Part shown: positions 32,634 to 42,345 of the stretch, piece by piece
How positions within the stretch are numbered: the first letter of the stretch is position 1
Layout of the letters: each line of letters begins with the position of its first letter
Assembly: GCA_913040915.1 (NCBI GenBank)
Contig: CAJWHW010000002.1
Location: forward strand, 43,227 to 107,226
Length of the DNA stretch: 64,000 nucleotides
Direction: 5' to 3'
From: an uncultured Fidelibacterota bacterium
Lineage (GTDB): Bacteria > Fidelibacterota > Marinisomatia > Marinisomatales > UBA1611
The notes under the pieces: generated by a model
Database searches by the model: none
Told to the model about the DNA's origin: nothing
The model's input: the letters and a program-made list of their open reading frames with translations, nothing else
Translations under genes and position numbers: made by a program

Positions 32634-32978
32634 ATGAAACTAATTATTGCAATTATTCAGCCGGAAGAATTACCGGCAATTAAAGAAGAACTTCTCAAAA
32701 GGAAAATTTACAAGTTTACCATTTCCAATGTTAGAGGTCAGGGAAAAGAAATTCCGGTAAAGGAGGTCTATCGAGGCATATCTCATGAAATTAGTCTATT
32801 AAAAAAAGTTAGGCTTGAGATTGCAGTCAATGATGATTTTGTAGAAGCTGCTATAGAAGCTATTACTACAGTAGCCAAAAAGGATAAGGATAAAGGCCGA
32901 GGTAAGATATTTATTCTTGCTATTGAAGAGTGTATCCGTATACGAACTGGTGAAAAAGGTAAGGAAGCAATTGGGTGA
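32634..32978 (+). CDS. glnK: P-II nitrogen regulatory protein
   Basis: AIIQP, YRG, GKIF, IRIRTGE.G.EAI; follows amtB. Confidence 0.9.
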   Translation: MKLIIAIIQPEELPAIKEELLKRKIYKFTISNVRGQGKEIPVKEVYRGISHEISLLKKVRLEIAVNDDFVEAAIEAITTVAKKDKDKGRGKIFILAIEECIRIRTGEKGKEAIG

Positions 32979-33262
32979 AAATTAATTATGGATAATCTAT
33001 ATTATTTTTCGTAAACCAGAGTTGGCAAGTAAATCTCATCAAAAATTTATTTCTTCACCCAGAGATTTGTCAATTTACTAATCAGATTTGATCGCGGTTC
33101 CCAAACTTTAATAATATTTAATATAAATTGTGATTTAATTCTTGTAAATAAACACTGGTAACTATATTAAATTACTAAATATATATTATTATATTGAACA
33201 AATACTTAATATTACTATATAATTAACAATATTATTTTAATAATTTAAATAAAGAATAGAAA

Positions 33263-34282
33263 ATTAATATTCCTATAAATATAGCACTTTTTGGATTTGG
33301 TCGTATTGGAAGAAATCTATTCCGATTAGCAAGTAAAGATCCCCGTTTTAACATAGTTGCTATTAGCGAACACAGTCATGTGGAAGCATTGCACTACCTG
33401 TTGGTTCGTGATTCCGTGCATGGCGCACTAGATGATAATGATATCCAGTTAGATGGAGACTCCTTCATTGTTCATGGGAAAAAAATACGTATTCTGCCAG
33501 GGAAAAAACCAGGAGAAGTTCCTTGGATTACGTTGGGCGTGGATGTCGTTGTTGATGCTACAGGTAAATATTTAAAACGTGATGAATTAAATAAACACAT
33601 TAAAGCCGGAGCAAAACGTGTTATTGTTTCCCGTATGCCCGAAGATGAAATTGATCGAATTATTATTCATGGTGTAAATGAGGATACCATATCAAAATCA
33701 GATAAAATTATTTCTGCTACATCCTCTACAACCCAGGTATTAGCTCTTATGTTGAAAATTCTCAATCAGCACTATTCTGTAAAGCGAGCAATGATGACTA
33801 CCGTACATGCGTTTACATCGGATCAGCCTTTGGTGGACGCAATAGGACTGGATTTACGTAGATGCCGATCAGCAGTTAAAAATATTATTCCCAATACTAC
33901 TTCTGCTCCGGAGATAGTTGAGAAATTGATGCCAGAATTCACTGGGAAAATTGATGGAATAGCATTCAATGTTCCAGTTCCAAATGGATCTTGTGTTGAC
34001 TTGACTACAGAACTGGAATTGATGCCTACTGTAGATGAAATAAACCAGACATTGAAAGAAGAATCAGAAAATACATATAAAGGTATTATGGGCTACACAG
34101 ATGATCCTATTGTTTCCTGCGATGTAATTGGCCGTGATGAGACTATGGTTTTTGATGCTCAGGCTACCATGATTAACTCAAAATCCTTATTGAAAACAAT
34201 TTGCTGGTATGATAATGGTTGGGGATTCTCAAAAAGAATTTTGGATACGATCGAACTTTATGCCAAGGAAAATATTCGCTAA
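33263..34282 (+). CDS. GAPDH-family paralogue lacking the catalytic Cys, with a non-canonical or lost start
   Basis: The frame is open back to the TAG at 33257 and reads INIPINIALFGFGRIGRN upstream of the called GTG. The active-site segment is SATSSTTQV instead of SNASCTTNC. Confidence 0.8.
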   Translation: MNIPINIALFGFGRIGRNLFRLASKDPRFNIVAISEHSHVEALHYLLVRDSVHGALDDNDIQLDGDSFIVHGKKIRILPGKKPGEVPWITLGVDVVVDATGKYLKRDELNKHIKAGAKRVIVSRMPEDEIDRIIIHGVNEDTISKSDKIISATSSTTQVLALMLKILNQHYSVKRAMMTTVHAFTSDQPLVDAIGLDLRRCRSAVKNIIPNTTSAPEIVEKLMPEFTGKIDGIAFNVPVPNGSCVDLTTELELMPTVDEINQTLKEESENTYKGIMGYTDDPIVSCDVIGRDETMVFDAQATMINSKSLLKTICWYDNGWGFSKRILDTIELYAKENIR

Positions 34283-35283
34283 TGAAAATTGCAATAAATG
34301 GATTTGGAAGAATTGGAAGGTCTGTATTCAGAGTTCTTAATAATAATAAAGAAATTGAAATCGTAGCCATCAACGATATTTTCGATAAAGGTTCCCTCGT
34401 ATATTTACTGAAATATGATACCGTCATGGGTCGGTTCCCTGGAGATGTCTCCTTAAATGGGGATCTGTTGATTACAGCTAATCAAAGGGTAAAATTATTG
34501 GCAGAACGAATTCCTAGGCAATTACCCTGGCATGAATTAGGAGTAGATATTGTTATAGAATCTACAGGAATATTCCGGCAAAGATCCCAATTGGAGGATC
34601 ACATTTCTGCTGGAGCAAAAAGGGTAATTTTAACTGTTCCTGCGAAAGATGAAATTGATTATACTGTTGTATTGGGTGTAAATGATAATGGTTTAACAAA
34701 AAATCATCGTATCGTATCCAATGCCAGTTGCACTACAAATTGTTTAGCACCTATGGCGAAAGTACTCCATGAAGCATTTGGAATTGAGTTAGGTATAATC
34801 AATACGATTCATGCATATACCAATGACCAGCGTTTGGCTGATGTTCCTCATTCAGACTGGAGAAGGAGTCGTGCTGCGGCTGAAAATGTAATTCCTACAA
34901 CAACGGGTGCTGCACGTGCTGTGGGTAAAGTATTACCGGAGCTTAATGGTAAACTAGATGGAATAGCTATGCGAGTACCGGTTCCAGATGGCTCGGTCGT
35001 AGATTTCAATGTACGTTTACAACATGAAGTCACAGTTGAAACAATTAATGATGCTGTACGATCGGCTGCAGATGATGGTCCCATTTCAAAAGTATTACAA
35101 TATTCTAATTTACCAGTTGTATCAACAGACATTATTGGGAATAAGTATTCTTCCATTTTTGATGCACCATTTACAAGGGTAATTAAGGGAAATTTTGTAA
35201 AAACACTGAATTGGTATGATAATGAATGGGGATATGCCAGCAGAGTAGTGGATCTTATAGGATTGCTAGGAAAATTGATCTAA
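34282..35283 (+). CDS. gap: Type I glyceraldehyde-3-phosphate dehydrogenase
   Basis: MKIAINGFGRIGR, SNASCTTNC, IHAYT, WYDNEWGY. The ATG overlaps the previous stop (TAATG). Confidence 0.96.
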   Translation: MKIAINGFGRIGRSVFRVLNNNKEIEIVAINDIFDKGSLVYLLKYDTVMGRFPGDVSLNGDLLITANQRVKLLAERIPRQLPWHELGVDIVIESTGIFRQRSQLEDHISAGAKRVILTVPAKDEIDYTVVLGVNDNGLTKNHRIVSNASCTTNCLAPMAKVLHEAFGIELGIINTIHAYTNDQRLADVPHSDWRRSRAAAENVIPTTTGAARAVGKVLPELNGKLDGIAMRVPVPDGSVVDFNVRLQHEVTVETINDAVRSAADDGPISKVLQYSNLPVVSTDIIGNKYSSIFDAPFTRVIKGNFVKTLNWYDNEWGYASRVVDLIGLLGKLI

Positions 35284-35525
35284 TTCAAGCAAACAGCAAT
35301 ATAGCTTACTGGCATTTTTTAGCATTGTAGGTATATGTTTTTAACAAATAAATTTATTGCCTGCTCGTTCTATGGTTTTGTATCAGACCATATTTATTAA
35401 GGCTAGAATTCTCCTATATCATTATCAACAATTACAGTCAATTCTGTGGTATAGTTTTTTCATCAATCTTTTAAAATGACTTGTTCAAATACTTATAATA
35501 CTGGAATAATAATTATATAACTAAG

Positions 35526-38294
35526 ATGTTAGTAAAGGATAAATTATTTACTTTTGCACAGCAATGCGGTATATCGGATCAAATGCAATCTAGATCAGTA
35601 TTGATATTTGAATTACTGGAAACAGTTTTTTATAGGTTAGATAACTCTAAAGAACTTGAATTTAAGACTATATTAAATTCTCTTCTATCTATAGGAGATC
35701 ATACTTCTTTGAATAATTCCATATTATCAACTCTGGAAACATGGTCAAATGAAGATCTATATCAAGTATTGAAATTTATGGGAACCTACTTTCACTTACT
35801 TAACCAAGCAGAGCTAAGTGAAATTATATCAATAAATAGAAATCGATCAAATAATGCTACATTCGATATTCCCAAAGCTGATTCTATTTTTGCTAGCATT
35901 AAAATGTTAAAACAGAAAAACATAAATTTTGATGAAGCAATGTCAATTCTTAAAAGTATTAAGATACACCCTACATTTACAGCCCATCCTACGGAATCTA
36001 GAAGGCAATCCTCCATAGATAAACAAAAATATATTATTAAAAAGATTAATCAAATTTTATTTGATCCAATTGGCGAAAAAGAAAAAGAAAACCTTATGAA
36101 TGAGGTAAAGCGACTATGTACATTGCTTATGATGACAGATGATATCCGTTCGCACAGAATATCCATAAGAGATGAAATAAATAATACAATAAATAATACC
36201 TTAGATGCGCTTTGGAATGCGGTACCCAGACTTTCACATGATATTGCATCAGCATTTGAAATCTATTATAACAAAAAAATCACTATTCCTAATTTCATTA
36301 GATTCCATAATTGGGTAGGGGGGGATAGAGACGGCAATCCTGAAGTAACTCATGATATTACTGAATATGCAATCCAAACTCAAAAAATACATATAGCGGG
36401 GAAATATATCGATGCGTTGAATATGCTATACGATGACCTAAGCATAACAGTAAAAGACCAAACAAAGCTTATAAAGTTACAGAATTCTATTGAAGCTGAT
36501 ATAATCAATTTGGATATAGATGAAAAAATTCAAAAACAGCTCAAACTAGAACCATTCCGACTAAAGATATTGTGTCTGAAACAAAAATTAGAGCGTCATA
36601 AAGAAAAATTAACCATCCATTACAAAAACCCAGATTATATATCTAAAGAATTCATATCTGAACTGAAGATTATCCAATCATCTCTCAAATTATTATCAAC
36701 TAAAAATAAAATTGATATTGGACCTATCAGCGATTTAATAATTCAAGCAGAAATATTTGGTTTTAACATGATGAGCTTGGATATACGTGAACATTCAGAT
36801 GTACACGAAGAAGTGATCCATGAAATATTAAAAAAAATAAATTGTAAAGTGAATTATAAAGCTTTGGATGAATCCAATAAAAATGAAATTTTGATTGAAA
36901 GTATCAAATTTCAACAGGAGTTGAACCAAACATTTATAAATAACTTATCTGAAAAATCCAAAGAGACTCTCCATACTTTTCTAGTTATCAAAAATGAGTT
37001 ATTGATTGACCCAGATTCAATATCATCATATATCGTAAGTATGACTCATGCAAAAAGTGATATTCTTGAAGTGCTTTTTTTAGCCAAACTTACAGGGGTT
37101 CTGCATTATCAAGATGGTAAAATGAACTGTGGACTCCATATTGTGCCCCTATATGAAACTATTAATGATCTTAAATCAGCACCTAAGCAATTTGCTGAGT
37201 TATTAGATGATAACATTTATAAAAACTATATACAAAGTCAGGGTTTATTTCAAGAAATTATGCTCGGTTATTCAGATAGCAACAAGGATGGAGGTATGGG
37301 TACTGCCCAATATTCTCTGTACAAATGTCAAGAAAGACTGGCTAAAATTTGTAAAGAAAATTGTATTGATTATAGATTATTCCATGGACGTGGCGGATCA
37401 ATAAGTAGAGGTGGAGGAAAATCAAATAAAGCAATAATTAGTTTACCTCCTAATTGTCATAATGGGAAAATACGGATGACAGAACAAGGTGAAGTGATTT
37501 CTTATCGGTATGGATCTTCTCGAATTGCAAAAAGGCATCTAGAACAAATTATCCATGCCCAAATGATTGGATTGGTTGGTATTATAAATGATGAAATAGA
37601 ATTTGAAAATCCGCTCAACTTAGACATTTCAATTAGAGCCTATGATTCCTATAAGAAAAATATAATGAATCAACAGTGTTGGAATTATTTTGTAAATGCA
37701 ACTCCCATTAATCATATTAGTAATTTACCAATTGCTTCAAGACCTGCAGCAAGAAAAACTTTTTCAGATGAATCAACAGGGTTTTATGATTTAAGGGCAA
37801 TCCCCTGGGTATTTTCTTGGACACAGTTAAGATATAATCTTACCGGTTGGTTTGGTTTAGGAACAGCATTATCCCATTTGATTGAAAAATCGTCAAAATT
37901 AAATGAATTAAAAACGTTATATAAAAAATCAAAATTTTTAAAACAACTTATGGATAATATGTCTTTTGAAATGGCTCGTTCCAGATTACACATATCAGAA
38001 TTATATTCGAAGACTAAAAGTGAAAAAGCATTCCATGCTATTTTAATGAGTGAATATAAACTTTGTTTGAATGCCTATAAGGATATAAGCGACTATGAAA
38101 ATTTACTAGATAGAAATCCTGTTATTTCAAATTCTATTGCATTCCGAAATCCGTTTACTGATCTATTAAACATCATTCAAGTTATCCTGTTAAGACGTCA
38201 AATGGAAAATAAAGATCTTACAGATCATGATTTGGACAAATCAATTTTTATGTCAATCAATGCAATTGCAGCAGCAATGCAAACCACAGGTTAA
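35526..38294 (+). CDS. ppc: Phosphoenolpyruvate carboxylase
   Basis: FTAHPTE, GGDRDGNP, MLGYSDSNKDGG, FHGRGGS, TEQGE, LRAIPWVFSWTQ, C-terminal MQTTG. Confidence 0.95.
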   Translation: MLVKDKLFTFAQQCGISDQMQSRSVLIFELLETVFYRLDNSKELEFKTILNSLLSIGDHTSLNNSILSTLETWSNEDLYQVLKFMGTYFHLLNQAELSEIISINRNRSNNATFDIPKADSIFASIKMLKQKNINFDEAMSILKSIKIHPTFTAHPTESRRQSSIDKQKYIIKKINQILFDPIGEKEKENLMNEVKRLCTLLMMTDDIRSHRISIRDEINNTINNTLDALWNAVPRLSHDIASAFEIYYNKKITIPNFIRFHNWVGGDRDGNPEVTHDITEYAIQTQKIHIAGKYIDALNMLYDDLSITVKDQTKLIKLQNSIEADIINLDIDEKIQKQLKLEPFRLKILCLKQKLERHKEKLTIHYKNPDYISKEFISELKIIQSSLKLLSTKNKIDIGPISDLIIQAEIFGFNMMSLDIREHSDVHEEVIHEILKKINCKVNYKALDESNKNEILIESIKFQQELNQTFINNLSEKSKETLHTFLVIKNELLIDPDSISSYIVSMTHAKSDILEVLFLAKLTGVLHYQDGKMNCGLHIVPLYETINDLKSAPKQFAELLDDNIYKNYIQSQGLFQEIMLGYSDSNKDGGMGTAQYSLYKCQERLAKICKENCIDYRLFHGRGGSISRGGGKSNKAIISLPPNCHNGKIRMTEQGEVISYRYGSSRIAKRHLEQIIHAQMIGLVGIINDEIEFENPLNLDISIRAYDSYKKNIMNQQCWNYFVNATPINHISNLPIASRPAARKTFSDESTGFYDLRAIPWVFSWTQLRYNLTGWFGLGTALSHLIEKSSKLNELKTLYKKSKFLKQLMDNMSFEMARSRLHISELYSKTKSEKAFHAILMSEYKLCLNAYKDISDYENLLDRNPVISNSIAFRNPFTDLLNIIQVILLRRQMENKDLTDHDLDKSIFMSINAIAAAMQTTG

Positions 38295-38429
38295 TTCATT
38301 AAAATTATATATTGTCATTAGAGATAATTATAAAACATAAAAAAAGTCTGTATAGAGTTGATATATACATCCCTTGCTGTAAATCTTTTAGGGAAGTCTT
38401 TGGTTCAATAAATTGCTAATTTATCTTTT

Positions 38430-38463
38430 AATAAAAAAGGCGTTAAATAACGCCTTTTTTATT
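38430..38463. terminator. Bidirectional intrinsic terminator between the convergent ppc and glnII genes
   Basis: Perfect inverted repeat AATAAAAAAGGCGTTA-AA-TAACGCCTTTTTTATT. Confidence 0.88.
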
Positions 38464-38476
38464 TTTTGAGATTAAT

Positions 38477-39487
38477 CTAACTACATGTGGTTTCAATTAA
38501 TGCAGCACATACTTTATAGGGATCCATATTTGCAGAAGGTCTGCGATCTTCAAGATATCCATAACCATCATTAGCAGTACCCATAGGAATACGAATAGAT
38601 GCTCCACGGTCACTTACACCATATCTAAATTCTTTGATAGAGCAAGTTTCATGTAATCCTGTGAGCCGTTCTTCATTATGAGCTCCATAAATAGCTATGT
38701 GTTGATCATGCTTTTTACCTAATGCATCACAGGCGGCTTCAATTACCTTTAAACCTCCTTCTGTTCGCATGGACTTAGTACTGAAATTGGTATGTGCACC
38801 GGCACCATTCCAATCTCCTTTAACCGGCTTGGGGTGTAATGTAGCGCTCACTCCATAATCTTCAGCAATCCGGTACAATAGCCAGCGGGATAGCCACAAC
38901 TGATCTGCAACATCAAGTGGTCCTAAAGGTCCTACTTGATATTCCCACTGCCCCGGCATGACTTCTGCATTGATTCCAGAAATTTCTAACCCAGCATCAA
39001 TACATAACTCTAAGTGATCCTCAACAATATCACGGCCATATACTTCATCTGCGCCAACTCCACAGTAAAAAGGGCCCTGTGGTGCAGGGTAACCACCTTC
39101 AGGCCAACCAAGAGGTACACGTCCCTGGAAAAAGGTATATTCCTGTTCTATACCAAACCAAGGCTCATGCTCAGCATATTTTTCAGTTACAACTCGTAAA
39201 TGAGCTCGCGTATTTGATTCATGAATAGAACCATCTGCATTCATAACTTCACACATGACCAATAGATTCTCTCCTCCACGAATTGGATCCTGTATAAAGT
39301 AGACTGGTTTCAGCATACAGTCACTATCTTCTCCTGCAGCCTGCATGGTGCTTGATCCATCAAAACCCCAGTCTGGCAAATCAGAAAGAGAATTTACTTT
39401 CCCAGAAATTATTTTAGTTTTGGATCTGAGTTTCTGGGTTGGTTCATGCCCATCCATCCATATATATTCAACTTTTACTTTACTCAA
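38477..39487 (-). CDS. glnII: Glutamine synthetase type II
   Basis: 336 aa; EYIWMDG, LRSKT, FDGSST, EQEY, NAEVMPGQWEYQ, DWNGAGAHTN, EDRRPSAN. TTG start with an AAGGAG RBS. Confidence 0.93.
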   Translation of the reverse strand: MSKVKVEYIWMDGHEPTQKLRSKTKIISGKVNSLSDLPDWGFDGSSTMQAAGEDSDCMLKPVYFIQDPIRGGENLLVMCEVMNADGSIHESNTRAHLRVVTEKYAEHEPWFGIEQEYTFFQGRVPLGWPEGGYPAPQGPFYCGVGADEVYGRDIVEDHLELCIDAGLEISGINAEVMPGQWEYQVGPLGPLDVADQLWLSRWLLYRIAEDYGVSATLHPKPVKGDWNGAGAHTNFSTKSMRTEGGLKVIEAACDALGKKHDQHIAIYGAHNEERLTGLHETCSIKEFRYGVSDRGASIRIPMGTANDGYGYLEDRRPSANMDPYKVCAALIETTCS

Positions 39488-39520
39488 TTTTGTTTCTCCT
39501 TATTTATACTATGGTGTTGA

Positions 39521-39976
39521 TTAATTAAAAACGGGAATATTCTGTATCAATTTATATGATGATAGAATTAACTGTGTTTCTGTACGTATGACTCCGGGCC
39601 AACTTTGAATATTACGTAATAGTTCTTCAAGGCTATGGGAATTCCGAGTTACCACTAAAAGACTATGAGATCCATTCCCTGTTGTACTGAAGCACTGAAT
39701 TACTTCTGGTGTTTTTTCGACAGATTGTATGAATTTTTTGTAATGAATTGACGATTCAGATATAACAGTAATAAGGGCGGATACATCCAAATTTAGCTTT
39801 TTAGGATCCAAAACAGCATGGATACCCTGAATAATACCTGAATCCTGCAATTTTTTTATTCGTTCTGTAACAGTGGGAATTGAAATATTTAATTTATCTG
39901 CTATATGACTTGCAGCAATACGACCATCTTCCTGCAGTAATTCTAAAATTTTCCGATCTATATTATCTATTTTCAT
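39521..39976 (-). CDS. Lrp/AsnC family transcriptional regulator
   Basis: DRKILELLQEDGR HTH, ERIKKL..SGII, C-terminal RAM domain (GVIRTET). Start taken at MKIDNID. Confidence 0.92.
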   Translation of the reverse strand: MKIDNIDRKILELLQEDGRIAASHIADKLNISIPTVTERIKKLQDSGIIQGIHAVLDPKKLNLDVSALITVISESSIHYKKFIQSVEKTPEVIQCFSTTGNGSHSLLVVTRNSHSLEELLRNIQSWPGVIRTETQLILSSYKLIQNIPVFN

Positions 39977-40193
39977 TAAGTAATTCAATTTGCCCCTTCT
40001 TAATATTATTAATATTTAGTATAAAACAATAATAAATATTTATTTAATATTTATTTAATATTTATTATTATTAATGTATAAACGCAATTATATTGATAAT
40101 ATTTATTATAAATCTTACCAATAAATGAAAACTAGATTATTTAATTTTTTTAATACAAAAGTGTTTAAATCAAATAAGTATTTAAAATAATAA

Positions 40194-40649
40194 TTATGAT
40201 TTTATAGGCAATTTTTGTCGGATGTTATATTTTGATAATATGACTTGGGTTTCTGTACGTGTAACATTTGGCCAACTCTGTATATTTCGTAATAATTCTT
40301 CAAGTGTTTTTGAGTTTTCCGTTGCCACCCATAGCATTAGTGATCCTAACCCGGTAGTACTGAAACATTGAATTATTTCGGGGGTCTTTTTGGCGTTTTC
40401 AATAACTTTTTTATAGTTTGTTGATGATGATGAAATTACCGTTATCATAGCTGTCACATCCAGCCCTACTGATCTAGGATCAATTACTGCCTGAAAGGCT
40501 TGAATAACAGATCCTTCCTGCAGTTTGCGTATTCTTTCTGTGATTGTAGGGACAGTTAAATTTAATTCTTTAGCAATTTCGCTAGCTGTTTTTCGACCAT
40601 CTTCCTGTAAGCTTATCAGAATCTGACGATCAATACGATCAATTTTCAT
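40194..40649 (-). CDS. Lrp/AsnC family transcriptional regulator (paralogue of the adjacent gene)
   Basis: DRQILISLQEDGR; shares TPE.IQCFSTTG and LEELLRNIQSWP..TRTETQ with its neighbour. Confidence 0.92.
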   Translation of the reverse strand: MKIDRIDRQILISLQEDGRKTASEIAKELNLTVPTITERIRKLQEGSVIQAFQAVIDPRSVGLDVTAMITVISSSSTNYKKVIENAKKTPEIIQCFSTTGLGSLMLWVATENSKTLEELLRNIQSWPNVTRTETQVILSKYNIRQKLPIKS

Positions 40650-41010
40650 TTATAATTAATATTATTATTACACTAACTAGTTTAATCTGGATTATTAAAT
40701 GAATCAAGTTAATAAGGTTTGCATAGAATATTAATAAAAATTTTATTTAGCAAAAAGTTATTCATCTATATAACCTGTTTATAATGAAACCTATTATTAC
40801 AACATAATTGAGTTGAAAAAAGATTGTTAAAATATAATAAATACCATACTCAGTCCTAAAATCTATTTTTGATAAGGGAGAAAAATCAAATTTTATTTCG
40901 GCATTAAAGAAAATAGTATTTGAATTTTTTATGTAATTCTGCTGTATTCTAATAATAAACCCTCTCATATATATTTATTAATTTCTTTATCAATATTTAC
41001 GTTAGCAATA

Positions 41011-42303
41011 ATGAGTACTCCAACGAAACGTATCGCATTCCATACTTTGGGATGTAAACTGAATTTTTCTGAAACTGCAACTATTTCCAGAGATTTTACT
41101 CGCCATGGATTTGAGCAGGTTGACTATAGAGATCAAGCTGATGTATATGTTCTGAATACTTGCTCTGTTACTGAAAATGCAGATAAGGAAGCCCGAAAAC
41201 TCATTCGTCAGGCAAAGCGACGAAATCCTAATTCATCTATTGCTGTCATTGGTTGCTATGCCCAACTCAATCCCAATGAGATAGCTAATATCGATGGAGT
41301 AGATCTTATCTTGGGAGCTGAAGAAAAGTTTAATTTAATTAAATATTTAGATCAATTTGAATTCAATGATAGTGCTACGATTATTCAATCGAATATTGAT
41401 TATGTCCATAAATTTAAACCATCTTATTCTTCTGGTGAACGGACGCGTGCTTTTCTTAAAGTGCAGGATGGCTGTGATTACACCTGTTCTTTTTGTACTA
41501 TACCTTTGGCCCGGGGTAAGAGCCGCAGTGGTACTATAGAAAAGACAATGGAGATGGCGAATCAAGTTGCAGCCACCAAAACCAAAGAGATCGTACTAAC
41601 TGGTGTGAATATCGGCGATTTTGGTAAAGGAACAGATGAGACATTTTTTGATCTCATTCAACAATTAGATGATTTAAAGGGCATTGATAGAATACGCCTT
41701 TCTTCTATTGAACCTAATTTACTGACAGATGATATCATTGAGTTTTGTGCAGGTTCAAAGAAGTTTATGCATCATTTCCATATTCCGCTCCAATCTGGAT
41801 CAAATAAAATTTTGAGTACCATGCGTCGACGCTATAAATCAGAATTATATAAAAATAGAGTTGAAAAAATCAAACAAATGATTCCAGATGCGTGCATTGG
41901 CGTAGATGTGATCGTTGGCTTTCCAGGTGAAACAAATGATGATTTTCTAGACACGTATAATTTTTTAAATGAATTGGATATTGCTTATCTCCATGTATTC
42001 ACTTACTCAGAACGCCTTAATACCGATGCTATGAAAATACGTAAAAGTGTACCCAAAGAAATACGGGTGCAAAGAAGTAAAATGTTGCACATATTATCTG
42101 ATAAAAAACAACGGTATTTTAATAATCAATTTATAGATACAACACGTCTAGTTTTGTTTGAGAATAGTAAGAATGGAGAACTTTATGGCTACACTGATAA
42201 TTATATTCAAGTCCGGATAAATGGTGACATTAAGTTAATTAACTCTATTCTTCCAGTAAAGTTATTATCAAATCATGGCAACATGGTTGATGGAAATATA
42301 TAA
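41011..42303 (+). CDS. mtaB: tRNA t6A37 methylthiotransferase
   Basis: TLGCKLN, NTCSVT, radical SAM motif QDGCDYTCSFC, RLSSIEP, GYTDNY. Confidence 0.92.
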   Translation: MSTPTKRIAFHTLGCKLNFSETATISRDFTRHGFEQVDYRDQADVYVLNTCSVTENADKEARKLIRQAKRRNPNSSIAVIGCYAQLNPNEIANIDGVDLILGAEEKFNLIKYLDQFEFNDSATIIQSNIDYVHKFKPSYSSGERTRAFLKVQDGCDYTCSFCTIPLARGKSRSGTIEKTMEMANQVAATKTKEIVLTGVNIGDFGKGTDETFFDLIQQLDDLKGIDRIRLSSIEPNLLTDDIIEFCAGSKKFMHHFHIPLQSGSNKILSTMRRRYKSELYKNRVEKIKQMIPDACIGVDVIVGFPGETNDDFLDTYNFLNELDIAYLHVFTYSERLNTDAMKIRKSVPKEIRVQRSKMLHILSDKKQRYFNNQFIDTTRLVLFENSKNGELYGYTDNYIQVRINGDIKLINSILPVKLLSNHGNMVDGNI

Positions 42304-42345
42304 TATCTTTTTTCATTTTATTATAAGTTTGTATTTAAATAAATA

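Noticed and set aside
32979..33110. Imperfect inverted repeat after glnK considered as a glutamine riboswitch or gene relic
   Set aside because: No glnA-motif consensus, weak pairing, and no recognisable translation.
40762..40968. 68-aa minus-strand ORF between lrp and mtaB
   Set aside because: AT-rich, Ile/Phe/Asn-biased and without motifs; probably a chance ORF in a divergent promoter region.
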